Origin: an uncultured Candidatus Saccharibacteria bacterium
GTDB lineage: Bacteria > Patescibacteriota > Minisyncoccia > Phycocordibacterales > EsbW-18
DNA length: 64,000 nucleotides
Direction of reading: 5' to 3'
Assembly (NCBI GenBank): GCA_964447415.1
Contig: CAYUSN010000003.1
Span: 5,418-69,417, forward strand
The notes under the pieces: model-generated
Database searches by the model: none
Told to the model about the DNA's origin: nothing
What the model saw: the letters and a program-made list of their open reading frames with translations, nothing else
In this document: positions 18,967 through 28,677 of the stretch, in pieces
How positions within the stretch are numbered: the stretch's first letter is position 1
How the letters are laid out: the number at the start of each line of letters is the position of its first letter
Made by a program: the position numbers and the translations under genes

Positions 18967-19024
18967 CACCGTGCGCCACACCCTGTCGTTGTGAGCCGAC
19001 CCCGCACCCCGCGGAACCACCGGC

Positions 19025-20236
19025 TCATTTTTCGTCAAGAAGCAGTTTCACCGCCGCATCCATCTGCGGATCAATATCATTTTCAAAATCCTCGGGCGTA
19101 CGCACCACTTCAATGTCTGGTGTAAGTCCGCCGTCTGAAATAGAAACACCTTCAGGTGTAAACCACTTTCCGATGGTGATTTTGACCGATGTGTCGGCGG
19201 TTACCGGAATCAGCTCCTGCACGGAACCTTTGCCGAACGTTGTTTCCCCCACTATTGTCGCCCGTCCGTGTTCCTGCAATGCACCCGCAAGAATCTCGGA
19301 TGCTGACGCGGAGCCGCGGTCGACAAGCACCGCCATGTCAATCCCGTCCGGAAGCAGCGGGTAACCGAAACTGCGGTACTCCTGTGTCTCTCTTCCCTGC
19401 TCAAACCGTTCCGACACGACCACCTGTCCTTCGGGTAAAAAGTAGCTGGCGATTTCAACCGCCGAACCCATGATGCCGCCCGGATTACCGCGCAAATCCA
19501 GAATCAGTTTTGTACTGCCCGACGCGAGAAATTCCTTCAGTGCGCGGTACACCTTCTGAACCGACTGCCCGTCAAAGTTGTACAGCGCAATCACATAAAC
19601 ACCGTCGTCACGGAGTTCGCCGGAAAGCGTCGGGATGGAAATCTCTTCGCGCGTAATACTCATTTCCAAAAATTCATCCTCCCCTTCACGCGAAATGGTG
19701 AGCGCTACCTGCGTTCCCACGTCTCCGCGAATGCGCGACACTGCTTCGTCAACCGAGAGATCGAGTGTCGGCTCATCATCAATTTTTACGATAATGTCGC
19801 CTGAGCGGATGCCCGCGCGCTCCGCGGGTGTTTCCTTCAGCGGTGCAATTACCACGATGCCGGCGTCTTCCTTTCCGATTTCCATGCCGACACCGCCGAA
19901 ACTGCCCGCGATGATGTCGTTGAAATATTGTGTTTCCTCAGGAGGAAGAAAAACGGAGTACGGGTCACCGAGCGAATTCATGAGACCGCTGATCGCGCCC
20001 CACACCTTTTCCTGTGATTCCACGGAGTCGGCGTCGTAGTACCGCTCATTGATGGTGTTCCAGACGCGCCAGAAATCCGAAAAGTCGGCGGGTACGGATT
20101 CCGGCGTCTCCACGTTGACCGCATCCGTCACCAACTCAACCGGCGCAACCGAGTCGCGGCCGATAAAAAAACCGGCGGCAAAAAGTACCGCTCCCAAGAC
20201 CACTACCCCGAGTTTTCTCGCACGCTCAGTATTCAT
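19025..20236 (-). CDS. S41 carboxy-terminal processing protease with PDZ domain
   Basis: GVGME, DLRGNPGG, SASASE, TFGKGSVQ. Confidence 0.93.
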   Translation of the reverse strand: MNTERARKLGVVVLGAVLFAAGFFIGRDSVAPVELVTDAVNVETPESVPADFSDFWRVWNTINERYYDADSVESQEKVWGAISGLMNSLGDPYSVFLPPEETQYFNDIIAGSFGGVGMEIGKEDAGIVVIAPLKETPAERAGIRSGDIIVKIDDEPTLDLSVDEAVSRIRGDVGTQVALTISREGEDEFLEMSITREEISIPTLSGELRDDGVYVIALYNFDGQSVQKVYRALKEFLASGSTKLILDLRGNPGGIMGSAVEIASYFLPEGQVVVSERFEQGRETQEYRSFGYPLLPDGIDMAVLVDRGSASASEILAGALQEHGRATIVGETTFGKGSVQELIPVTADTSVKITIGKWFTPEGVSISDGGLTPDIEVVRTPEDFENDIDPQMDAAVKLLLDEK

Positions 20237-20283
20237 AGCCAGACCAGTATCGCATAGAGTAGAATAGAGTATCAAGGAACAAC

Positions 20284-21657
20284 ATGCTGTCGCTGTACAA
20301 CACATTGTCAAAAACGAAGGAGCCCTTCTCCCCCGCCTCGGGCAACACGGCGCGCATGTACAACTGCGGACCGACCGTCTACGACCGCGTCCACATCGGC
20401 AACCTCCGCGCGCTCCTGTTCGCCGACACGCTCCGACGCGTGTTGCAGTACGCAGGATTTGACGTACAGCAGGTCATGAACATTACCGACGTCGGTCACC
20501 TCTCCTCCGACCAGGACGAGGGCGAAGACAAAATGATGAAGGGTTTGAAGCGCGACCACCTCCCCGTTTCCCTTGCGGGACTCAAATCACTCGCCGACCG
20601 CTACACGGAATTATTCGCGCAGGATATGGAGGCGCTCAACGTCCTGCCGCCTGCAGTCATGCCGCGCGCATCCGAACACATCAAAGACCAAATTGACCTC
20701 ATCCGTCGACTTGAAAAAAAAGGACTCACGTACACCACATCAGACGGCGTCTATTTCTCCACCGGCGACTATCCGGCATACGGAAAACTCGGCGGATTAT
20801 CGGAGAGTTCGGATGAGCACACACGCGTGGAAGAAAACGCGGAGAAAAAAAATCCGCGCGACTTCGCGCTGTGGAAATTCAATGCGGAGCTCGGTTGGGA
20901 GTCGCCGTGGGGCAAAGGATTCCCCGGCTGGCACATTGAGTGCTCCGCGATGTCCATGAAGTACCTCGGCGAGACGCTTGATATTCATACCGGCGGCATC
21001 GAACACATTTCCGTACACCACAACAACGAAATCGCACAGGCGGAAGGCGCGACCGGAAAAACGTTCTCGCGCTTCTGGCTTCACAACGATCACGTTCGCG
21101 TGAACGGCCGCAAGATGGCAAAGTCAGAGGGCACCGGACTCACGCTTTCTGATATTGAAAAAGAAGGTATCACACCGCTCGCCTACCGCTACTGGGTGCT
21201 CACCGCGCACTACCGCTCCGCGGTGAACTTCACGCTAGACGCCGCGCGCGGTGCGCAAACCGCGTATGAAAAACTGAAAGCGCGTCTCGCCGACTTCCCT
21301 GACGCCGGCTCCGTTGACGCGGCATACGACGCGAAGTTTCGCGAGGCCGTTGAAGACGACCTCAATACTCCGCAGGCGGTGTCACTCGTCTGGGATTTGC
21401 TGCGCGATGAGGATGTAAAAGACGAGGATAAAAAAATGACTATTCTCGCGTGGGATGCGGTGCTCGGATTGAAGTTAAACGAAACGGAAGAACTGGTCGT
21501 TCCCGAAGACGTGAAAGAACTCTTGCACCGCCGTGAACTCGCCCGCGAAGCAAAGCACTGGGATATGGCCGACACGCTCCGAAAAGAAATCGAGGAAAAA
21601 GGATTCGTGGTGAAAGACACACCGGAAGGACAAAAGATTTCGAAGTCAAACTCCTAA
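20284..21657 (+). CDS. cysS: Cysteine--tRNA ligase
   Basis: CGPTVY, HIGN, PGWHIECSAM, KMAKS. Confidence 0.97.
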   Translation: MLSLYNTLSKTKEPFSPASGNTARMYNCGPTVYDRVHIGNLRALLFADTLRRVLQYAGFDVQQVMNITDVGHLSSDQDEGEDKMMKGLKRDHLPVSLAGLKSLADRYTELFAQDMEALNVLPPAVMPRASEHIKDQIDLIRRLEKKGLTYTTSDGVYFSTGDYPAYGKLGGLSESSDEHTRVEENAEKKNPRDFALWKFNAELGWESPWGKGFPGWHIECSAMSMKYLGETLDIHTGGIEHISVHHNNEIAQAEGATGKTFSRFWLHNDHVRVNGRKMAKSEGTGLTLSDIEKEGITPLAYRYWVLTAHYRSAVNFTLDAARGAQTAYEKLKARLADFPDAGSVDAAYDAKFREAVEDDLNTPQAVSLVWDLLRDEDVKDEDKKMTILAWDAVLGLKLNETEELVVPEDVKELLHRRELAREAKHWDMADTLRKEIEEKGFVVKDTPEGQKISKSNS

Positions 21658-21660
21658 TAC

Positions 21661-21695
21661 ACTAAAAAACGGCTCAACAGAGCCGTTTTTTAGTG
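21661..21695. terminator. Terminator hairpin
   Basis: AAAAAACGGCTC-aaca-GAGCCGTTTTTT. Confidence 0.75.
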
Positions 21696-21779
21696 TGTTG
21701 CTATCCCCAAATAGCGCACAGGTACTCCCCCATTCTCTCTTTCTTGCGCACACACCCTCTGTGGTACTATGCGGATGCA

Positions 21780-23186
21780 ATGACACCGTCACACCAGACA
21801 AAACCGGTCCGCACACCTCCGCAGGACGTTGAGGCGGAAAAGGCGCTCCTCGGTTCCATTCTCCTTCGCCCTGAAGCAATCCACGAAGTCGTCGATATTC
21901 TCACACCCGACTCGTTTTACCTCGGCAAGCACCGCACCATCTTCGGCGCGATGTTTGATATTTTCAAACACGGCGAATCCGTTGACCTCGTGTCGCTCTC
22001 CTCGCGCCTCAAAGAACTCAAAGAGCTCGACAATGTCGGCGGCATGGCGTATCTCACCTCGCTCGTGGACACGGTGCCGTCGTCAATGAACGCAAAGCAC
22101 TACGCGGAGATTGTGCAGAAAAAGTACACGATGCGTCAACTCATTGAATCCGCGCACTACATCTCAGAACTCGGTTTTGCGGAAGAACAAGAGATTGAAG
22201 AAATTTTGGACAAAGCGGAAAAGAAAATCTACGAAATCACGTCGGCGCCGTCAAACCAAAAATTTGTTCTGCTCGGTGACGTCATCGGTGAAACATTTGA
22301 GCGTCTCGACCGTTTGCACAAAAGCGCAGGGGCGCTTCGCGGTGTGCCGACCGGCTTCCCTGAACTTGACCATAAAATCGCCGGCTTCCAGCCCTCTGAC
22401 CTCGTCATCCTCGCCGCGCGTCCTTCCATGGGAAAGACCTCGCTTGCACTGGATATCGCACGGCATACGTCCATCCGTCACAACACATCCGTCGGCGTCT
22501 TTTCTCTTGAAATGAGCGCACAACAGCTTGTTGACCGCATGTTGGCAGCTGAGGCACAGGTGGACGCGTGGAAACTGCGCACCGGCAAACTCTCCACCGA
22601 CGAAGAGTTTGAGCGTCTCAACGAGGCGATGTCAAAACTCTCGCAGGCAAAAATCTATATTGACGACCAGCCGGGCAACAATATTCTCAAGATGCGCTCG
22701 GTGGCACGACGCCTCAAGAGCGAAAAAGGGCTGGATATGATTATTGTGGACTACCTCCAACTCATGGTGCCCGCAGGCAAAAACCGCTCCGACAACTTAG
22801 TCCAGCAGGTCACTGAAATCTCGCGTTCACTCAAACAGCTTGCCCGCGAACTGGATGTGCCGGTCATCGCGCTCTCTCAGCTCTCGCGTGCCATCGAACA
22901 GCGCCGCGGACGCCCGCAACTCTCCGACTTGCGTGATTCAGGCTCCATTGAACAAGACGCCGACTTGGTGATGTTTATTCACAACGAAGACCGCTACAAA
23001 GAGGGTGCGGAGCGCTCAAATGTGGTGGAGCTTATCATCGCCAAGCACCGCAACGGTCCGACAGGCACACTCGAGCTCTACTTCGACGACAAGAAAGCCA
23101 CCTTCCGCTCCATTGAACGGCACGGACTGGACCAATTTGAAAAAATGCCCGCCGACAGCGGCGCGCCCGCTCCGGATATTTTTTAA
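21780..23186 (+). CDS. dnaB: Replicative DNA helicase
   Basis: AARPSMGKT, IVDYLQL, SQLSR, LRDSGSIEQDAD. Confidence 0.97.
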   Translation: MTPSHQTKPVRTPPQDVEAEKALLGSILLRPEAIHEVVDILTPDSFYLGKHRTIFGAMFDIFKHGESVDLVSLSSRLKELKELDNVGGMAYLTSLVDTVPSSMNAKHYAEIVQKKYTMRQLIESAHYISELGFAEEQEIEEILDKAEKKIYEITSAPSNQKFVLLGDVIGETFERLDRLHKSAGALRGVPTGFPELDHKIAGFQPSDLVILAARPSMGKTSLALDIARHTSIRHNTSVGVFSLEMSAQQLVDRMLAAEAQVDAWKLRTGKLSTDEEFERLNEAMSKLSQAKIYIDDQPGNNILKMRSVARRLKSEKGLDMIIVDYLQLMVPAGKNRSDNLVQQVTEISRSLKQLARELDVPVIALSQLSRAIEQRRGRPQLSDLRDSGSIEQDADLVMFIHNEDRYKEGAERSNVVELIIAKHRNGPTGTLELYFDDKKATFRSIERHGLDQFEKMPADSGAPAPDIF

Positions 23187-23196
23187 TGTCTACTAT

Positions 23197-23502
23197 ATGG
23201 AAAAAAACCAAAAAGAACTTGATGTGTGGTTTAAGGAAAAGGGTTGGGACTACTGGGAACCGCTCGCCATTACCGCCCGTCTCTTTGAAGAGTGCGGTGA
23301 ATTCGCCCGGCTCGTCAATCACGTGTACGGTCCGAAGAAAAAGAAGTTGGATGAGCACCAACAGGACATGGAGGAAGAAATCGGCGACATCATCTACACC
23401 CTCATGTGCTTCGCCAATTCGCACAATCTTTCACTGGACAACGCCATCCGCAAAAGCATGGATAAGGTCATGGAGCGCGATAAAGACCGATATAAAAAGT
23501 AG
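23197..23502 (+). CDS. MazG-like nucleotide pyrophosphohydrolase
   Basis: EECGE...EEIGD. Confidence 0.85.
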   Translation: MEKNQKELDVWFKEKGWDYWEPLAITARLFEECGEFARLVNHVYGPKKKKLDEHQQDMEEEIGDIIYTLMCFANSHNLSLDNAIRKSMDKVMERDKDRYKK

Positions 23503-23512
23503 CTAGTATAAA

Positions 23513-23540
23513 GGGCCCAGTGGACGAATCCACCGGGCCC
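23513..23540. terminator. Terminator hairpin between convergent genes
   Basis: GGGCCC-a-GTGGA...TCCAC-c-GGGCCC. Confidence 0.65.
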
Positions 23541-23568
23541 CCTCTTTCCTTTCGGAAGAGCGTTCGTG

Positions 23569-23961
23569 TCAGGTGAGGAGCTCGACGGTGTTGGGCGACA
23601 TGGTCGCCTTCCCACCGCCATCGAGCATGACCTTGAGGATGAAGTCGCCCCGGATCTCGGCGACGACGCCCTTGGGCCTGCTCGCCATCGCCGCGTCGAG
23701 CACCTTCGTGCCGACGTCGATGCCGAGCCGCTGGATCACCAGCTTCCGGCGCGAGAGCGCCCTCCAGAGCGTGATGGCCTTGATGGTCTGGTGGAAGCCG
23801 ACGAAATCCGTGTATTGCATGATGCCACGGATCTCCGCCAGCATCTCGCTCTTGGCCTTCTTGTCCCTGGTCCTGTACGACCTCTCGGAGAGCTGGTCGA
23901 CCCGATCGAGTTGCTCCTGTGATTCGGCGAGGATGAACCTGTCCCGCAACTTCTCCTTCAT
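23569..23961 (-). CDS. Hypothetical protein (GC-rich orphan)
   Basis: SD GGGAGG before ATG; G/C third-position bias. Confidence 0.7.
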   Translation of the reverse strand: MKEKLRDRFILAESQEQLDRVDQLSERSYRTRDKKAKSEMLAEIRGIMQYTDFVGFHQTIKAITLWRALSRRKLVIQRLGIDVGTKVLDAAMASRPKGVVAEIRGDFILKVMLDGGGKATMSPNTVELLT

Positions 23962-23994
23962 GTGGTACCTCCCTCTCGTTGCTGGTTGGGTTGG

Positions 23995-24468
23995 TTAGGT
24001 GGACGGGTCGAGGATCTTGGCGACCGCCTCGGGCTTGACGATGAACCGACTCATGTCCGAGCCAGCGTAGAACGGCCGACGTTGATTCGTGCGCATCCAC
24101 GTGGCCAGCTCGCGACACTGGTTCGCCATCTCCTTCTCGATCTGTTCGACCGAAGCGATCTTCGGCGCGTGCCAGCCGCGGCGCTCCCTCCACCAGCGGA
24201 TGATGGGGTTGCGCTTGGTGTGCTCGCTGACGACCTCTTCGTGGCGCCGAACGGAGCGGTTGTGGAACTCCGTGGCGGCTTCCTTGAAGACCTCGACGAT
24301 CTGCTCGGGGGTGAGCGTCTCCCACTCCTTGCCGCCGAAGATCGGGACGTCGTCGAAGAAGGTGTGGAACCTATCGATTGGGTCCGTCGGCTTCTTGTTC
24401 AGATCGATCTCTTCGACCGAGACGACCCGCATTCCCTGCGCCGTCTTCTTGTAGCCGATTGTCAACAT
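23995..24468 (-). CDS. Hypothetical protein (GC-rich orphan)
   Basis: SD AAGGAGG before ATG 24468; G/C third-position bias. Confidence 0.7.
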   Translation of the reverse strand: MLTIGYKKTAQGMRVVSVEEIDLNKKPTDPIDRFHTFFDDVPIFGGKEWETLTPEQIVEVFKEAATEFHNRSVRRHEEVVSEHTKRNPIIRWWRERRGWHAPKIASVEQIEKEMANQCRELATWMRTNQRRPFYAGSDMSRFIVKPEAVAKILDPST

Positions 24469-24555
24469 CTTTTTTACTCCTCCTTTACGAGGCAGTGGTT
24501 GATCAGAAAACCGAGATGGCATCCTGGTTCACCGCACCACTTACATCTGTAGAGT

Positions 24556-24583
24556 ATTATACACATTTTTGTCATAATGTCAA
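24556..24583 (-). promoter_or_regulatory. Sigma70 promoter with consensus hexamers
   Basis: TTGACA-16 bp-TATAAT on the minus strand. Confidence 0.7.
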
Positions 24584-24629
24584 TTGCAAAAAGAAAAAGG
24601 TAAAAATAAATTTCTGTTAAAATACCCGT

Positions 24630-25235
24630 ATGCACAGCATTCAGAAACTTGCTGAATACTTCCAGAAATTCCCCGGTATCGGACCGAGGCAGGCGAAGCG
24701 TTTCGTCCATTTTTTGCTCACACAGGAAAAAAGCGTGCTGGAAGACCTCTCCAAACGCATAAGCGAGCTTCGCGGTTCAGTGACGCAATGCAAGCAATGC
24801 TTCCGCTTCTATGATGCCGACGGATACGCCGAAGTGTGCGATATCTGCTCCTCACCCAACCGCGACACGCATCAGCTTATGGTGTTGGAGAAAGACGCGG
24901 ACTTAGACGCCATTGAGAAAAGTGGTGCGTACACAGGACGCTACTTCGTGCTCGGCGGCACCGTTCCCCTTCTTCAGACACAGGCAAGTCCGTTGCGCAC
25001 AAAAGAGCTGAAAAAACTGCTTGATACAAATGCAGAAATAACAGAAATCATTATTGCCACCGGCGCACACCCCGAAGGTGAAATGACCGCACAGCACGTG
25101 CGCCTCTTCCTCCAGCCGTTTGCGGCGCATAAAAAACTGCGCGTCTCGGAACTCGGCCGCGGACTCTCCACGGGCACCGAATTGGAATATTCCGATGCCG
25201 ACACCATTAAGAGTGCACTGGAGAACAGAAAATAA
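24630..25235 (+). CDS. recR: Recombination mediator RecR
   Basis: FPGIGPRQAKR, C4 zinc finger, Toprim, GTELEYSD. Confidence 0.95.
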   Translation: MHSIQKLAEYFQKFPGIGPRQAKRFVHFLLTQEKSVLEDLSKRISELRGSVTQCKQCFRFYDADGYAEVCDICSSPNRDTHQLMVLEKDADLDAIEKSGAYTGRYFVLGGTVPLLQTQASPLRTKELKKLLDTNAEITEIIIATGAHPEGEMTAQHVRLFLQPFAAHKKLRVSELGRGLSTGTELEYSDADTIKSALENRK

Positions 25236-25260
25236 AAACACCCCGCGCGGGGTGTTTTTT
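25235..25260. terminator. Bidirectional terminator
   Basis: AAAAACACCCCGCGCGGGGTGTTTTT palindrome. Confidence 0.8.
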
Positions 25261-25263
25261 AGT

Positions 25264-26652
25264 TTAGATTTCCGAGAAACCGAGAAGATTAATCGGCGAT
25301 TCCTCGATAAGAACATCGTTTATATAGGAACGGGAAGAGATAATCTCTTGAAGATATTTGGTTTGCCCGGCTTGATATATATTCGGTTCGTTGGGAATGA
25401 TGTATGTTTTGATTCTCCCCACGTGCACAATCTCAAGTCGCGGCTCTTGCGGGTAGTGCTCCGCAATCCATTCATTCATTTCTCGCCGTGTCATAAACTC
25501 ATATTTTTGCCCCGTATCAACTTCAAACACGCCGTAACGCTTCATATTCACGACCACCTCATCCGCAGTATCATAGCCATGAAATGTCGGGGTAAAATCT
25601 CCCTGTATATCTCCACCTTTTTCCGGTTCTTCCCAGTAGTACGTGTACGCACGTGTATCTTTAATCCACCTCTCAAAATAAATAAATTTATATGCCCCCG
25701 AGAGATTCGTAGAGACAACAGTGCCGTCTTTCGTCGAACGCACAACTAATTTAGTGGGATACACATAATGGTTGCCGCGGTCCTCCGGTTCTCTGTCTTT
25801 ATCATCTTCGTGCACAACAACCAGCTCACCGTCGGTTGACACTACATCACCTCCAAACAGGTATTGATACGGACGCGGCGGTTCGACGAACTGTGAGATA
25901 ACTTTAGACCCCTCCACGGTGAAGACGCCCCATATATAATTGGGATAATTCTCACCGTAGTTCGTAATCAAAACCTTTGTCCCATCGTAAAACCCTATAT
26001 CGTGCCCCGTATAGAAGGTATCCGGAAGCGGCGCGGTTGTTGTGTCTTCGGGATTCTCCAAAGACAAGGTCAGCAAAACCTCCTCCATATCTCCGTATTG
26101 AATATCGGAGTCTTCTGCACACCAGCGGGGAGTCGTTTGAACAACAGCCATTCGTTCCTCATCCGTAGAGAGACGCAGGGTAAAAACAAAACCGGGGCCC
26201 TGCGCGAGCACGCGCTCTTTGGAATCACGGAGAGACCGCGCGACTATTTTGTAATTTTTGAAACTGCAATAATACCCAAAAGGGCTTTCAACAGAATCTC
26301 TTTCATTTATTACATACACATATTCTCCCGTTTTCGGAGAAACAAAACCGGCAAACCCCTCGCCCGTAGAAAAGAGCTGGCGTTTCTCTGAACCATCCAT
26401 ATTCGCAACAAGTATTTGGGTGCTCGTCGCTGTGGCGTTTGCAGGTGGTAATTTTGTATACACCACAACGGTTTTGCCTGCTTTCGCCTGCTGTTCTTCC
26501 CCGCTGGTGTTCTCGTTATTTTGTGCAGGTGTCAGATATGCGTACAAAAAGGCTCCCGCCACCACCGCGGCAGCAAGGGATACGGGGATAAGCCACTTCT
26601 TTGATGATTTTTGCGCCTCAGGAACTTGCTGCACGGGAGCTTGTAGTTCCAT
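25264..26652 (-). CDS. Membrane-anchored extracellular protein, possible beta-propeller
   Basis: N-terminal TM helix; TolB-like ILVANMDGSEKRQL and SP/ST-DG blade motifs. Confidence 0.7.
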   Translation of the reverse strand: MELQAPVQQVPEAQKSSKKWLIPVSLAAAVVAGAFLYAYLTPAQNNENTSGEEQQAKAGKTVVVYTKLPPANATATSTQILVANMDGSEKRQLFSTGEGFAGFVSPKTGEYVYVINERDSVESPFGYYCSFKNYKIVARSLRDSKERVLAQGPGFVFTLRLSTDEERMAVVQTTPRWCAEDSDIQYGDMEEVLLTLSLENPEDTTTAPLPDTFYTGHDIGFYDGTKVLITNYGENYPNYIWGVFTVEGSKVISQFVEPPRPYQYLFGGDVVSTDGELVVVHEDDKDREPEDRGNHYVYPTKLVVRSTKDGTVVSTNLSGAYKFIYFERWIKDTRAYTYYWEEPEKGGDIQGDFTPTFHGYDTADEVVVNMKRYGVFEVDTGQKYEFMTRREMNEWIAEHYPQEPRLEIVHVGRIKTYIIPNEPNIYQAGQTKYLQEIISSRSYINDVLIEESPINLLGFSEI

Positions 26653-26694
26653 ATAAAAAACTTGATTAGTAACTTTTTTATTGTAGCACCAAAT

Positions 26695-26722
26695 AAAAAA
26701 TCCTCCTTGGGGAGGATTTTTT
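26695..26722. terminator. Terminator downstream of rplU
   Basis: AAAAAATCCTCC-ttgg-GGAGGATTTTTT. Confidence 0.8.
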
Positions 26723-27029
26723 ATACTTTCTTGATGGTTGCTTTCGTGTACGGCTGGCGGTGTCCTCGTTTCTTGTGGTAGCGGCTTTTTTGGAGGTACT
26801 TCACGACAAGCACTTTCTTTCCCTTTCCTTGTTCGTTGACCTCAGCATCGATCTTTTCACCCGCAATGTATGGTGCACCGACAACGGTCTTGGAACCGTC
26901 ATCAGTAAGGATAACTTTGTCGAATACGACCTTATCGCCTGATTTTGCTTCAAGCTTCTCGGTAACTATTGACTTGTCGTCGGAAACAAGGTATTGCTTG
27001 CCCCCGCTCTCAATGACTGCAAATTTCAT
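26721..27029 (-). CDS. rplU: 50S ribosomal protein L21
   Basis: FAVIESGGKQY, GHRQPYT. Confidence 0.97.
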   Translation of the reverse strand: MKFAVIESGGKQYLVSDDKSIVTEKLEAKSGDKVVFDKVILTDDGSKTVVGAPYIAGEKIDAEVNEQGKGKKVLVVKYLQKSRYHKKRGHRQPYTKATIKKV

Positions 27030-27105
27030 AGAGGCATACTATATCAAACCACCCCTTAAAAAACAAGCAAAATACGCTATACTGGCCTCGTTTAAGCTGA
27101 TATTC

Positions 27106-27178
27106 GGGCCGTTAGCTCATCTGGTAGAGCGCATCCATGGCATGGATGAGGTGACCGGTTCAAGTCCGGTACGGTCCA
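27106..27178 (+). tRNA. tRNA-Ala(GGC)
   Basis: Cloverleaf, G3:U70 pair, anticodon GGC, GTTCAAG T-loop. Confidence 0.95.
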
Positions 27179-27337
27179 CACTGCCCCTGTATGGGCTACC
27201 ATACGAGAGGTCAGTCGGACCACATGGATGCTGGAGCTCCCGTGTCCTCGGAGTCGAGAAAAAATAAAAACAAGCTTTTCTTTTTTCTCTTTCCTCGAAC
27301 ACTTCGCTCTGGCGCACCCGCGTGTCATCCCCTTTCC

Positions 27338-27409
27338 GCTCTCGTCGTTCAACGGATAGGACTCACGCTTCCGAAGCGTGTAATAGAGGTTCGATTCCTC
27401 TCGAGAGCA
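27338..27409 (+). tRNA. tRNA-Arg(CCG)
   Basis: GCTCTCG/CGAGAGC acceptor stem, anticodon CCG, GTTCGA. Confidence 0.93.
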
Positions 27410-27410
27410 C

Positions 27411-28232
27411 ATGATAAGAACAAAAAAGGTCGGGGTGTTTGATTCCGGGTTCGGCGGTATTGATATTCTGCGCGGCATCACCCGGGAGCTTCCCGAATAC
27501 GACTACCTCTACCTCGGTGACACCGCCCGTGTACCCTACGGTTCCCGCTCCAAAGAGGTGGTGTACGAATTTTCAAAACAGGCGGTGGATTTTCTCTTCT
27601 CACACGGCGCCGAACTCATTATTTTTGCCTGCAACACCGCATCCTCAGACGCACTCAGACGCATTCAACGCGAACATGTGCCCGCACACCATCACGGCAA
27701 AAAAGTGCTCGGTGTGCTGATCCCCGCCGCCGAAGCGGCCGTTGAAAAAACAAAAAGCGGTCGCATCGGTGTCATCGCCACCGAAGGCACGGTGCACTCA
27801 GGTGCGTTCCCACGTGAGCTTCGCAAGCTTTCTCCCAAGCTCACCATTTTCCAACAGGCCTGTCCCCTGCTCGTCCCGATTGTAGAAGAAGGAGAAGAAC
27901 ACTCTCCTGCAACCAAACTTATCATTGAGCGCTATCTTTCGCCCCTGCGCACCAAAAAAATTGACACGCTCATTTTGGGATGTACGCACTACGGCATTCT
28001 GCAGCCACAGATTAAAAAGGCGTTTGGAAAAAACATTACTATTATTGCAGAGTCGCGCGTCGTGCCGAAAAAACTGAAAAACTATCTTGCGCGGCATCCG
28101 GAAATCGAACGGGCACTCACCAAAAAAGGTTCTGTACAATTCTTCTCCACCGATCTCACCGAGCGGTTTCTGCGCCTCGGCAGCCGCTTCTTCGGCAAAA
28201 AAATAAAGGTAAAAAAAGCACTTCTCACCTAG
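27411..28232 (+). CDS. murI: Glutamate racemase
   Basis: FDSGFGG, PYG, ACNTAS, LGCTHY. Confidence 0.96.
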   Translation: MIRTKKVGVFDSGFGGIDILRGITRELPEYDYLYLGDTARVPYGSRSKEVVYEFSKQAVDFLFSHGAELIIFACNTASSDALRRIQREHVPAHHHGKKVLGVLIPAAEAAVEKTKSGRIGVIATEGTVHSGAFPRELRKLSPKLTIFQQACPLLVPIVEEGEEHSPATKLIIERYLSPLRTKKIDTLILGCTHYGILQPQIKKAFGKNITIIAESRVVPKKLKNYLARHPEIERALTKKGSVQFFSTDLTERFLRLGSRFFGKKIKVKKALLT

Positions 28233-28270
28233 TGGTATACTAGTCGCATATCCGCTAATTCATTCTTACC

Positions 28271-28582
28271 ATGGACACAACAACACAGGCATTGAACAAA
28301 CTTGAACAGACAATGAAGGAGGAAGTGCGTTCGCTCGAAAAAAAACAGGAAAAGCTCAAAGAGTTGCGGCGTGAGGCGGAAAGCAAAAAAAGAGCGTACG
28401 AAAACGCCCAGGCATCGGCGGATGAAAAACAAAAAGAAGCGAACAAGGTGAAAGAGAAACTTGGAGAAGCAGAAGCCGTTGTCGCTTCCCTCGAATCAGA
28501 GATCACAAATCTTGAAAAACAGCGGGAGGAAAACGAAAAAAAACTCAAGGAGCTGCAGGAAACTATCGAGGGCGGGAAGTAA
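28271..28582 (+). CDS. Coiled-coil hypothetical protein
   Basis: E/K/Q-rich heptads. Confidence 0.7.
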   Translation: MDTTTQALNKLEQTMKEEVRSLEKKQEKLKELRREAESKKRAYENAQASADEKQKEANKVKEKLGEAEAVVASLESEITNLEKQREENEKKLKELQETIEGGK

Positions 28583-28606
28583 TTCCTCCTTGGTTCACCG
28601 ATAGTG

Positions 28607-28677
28607 TGGACCTACCGGGAGTCGAACCCGGGATTCGGCAATGCGAATGCCGCGTAATACCACTTTACGATAGGCCC
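28607..28677 (-). tRNA. tRNA-Ala(CGC)
   Basis: GGGCCTA/TAGGTCC acceptor with G3:U70, anticodon CGC. Confidence 0.92.

Noticed and set aside
18541-19038. 314-aa L9 fusion protein
   Set aside because: The extension is the antisense shadow of the GC-rich + strand orphan
23468-24552. Long alternative-frame ORFs (285 and 196 aa)
   Set aside because: Expected shadows of GC-rich genes; the SD-led frames fit better
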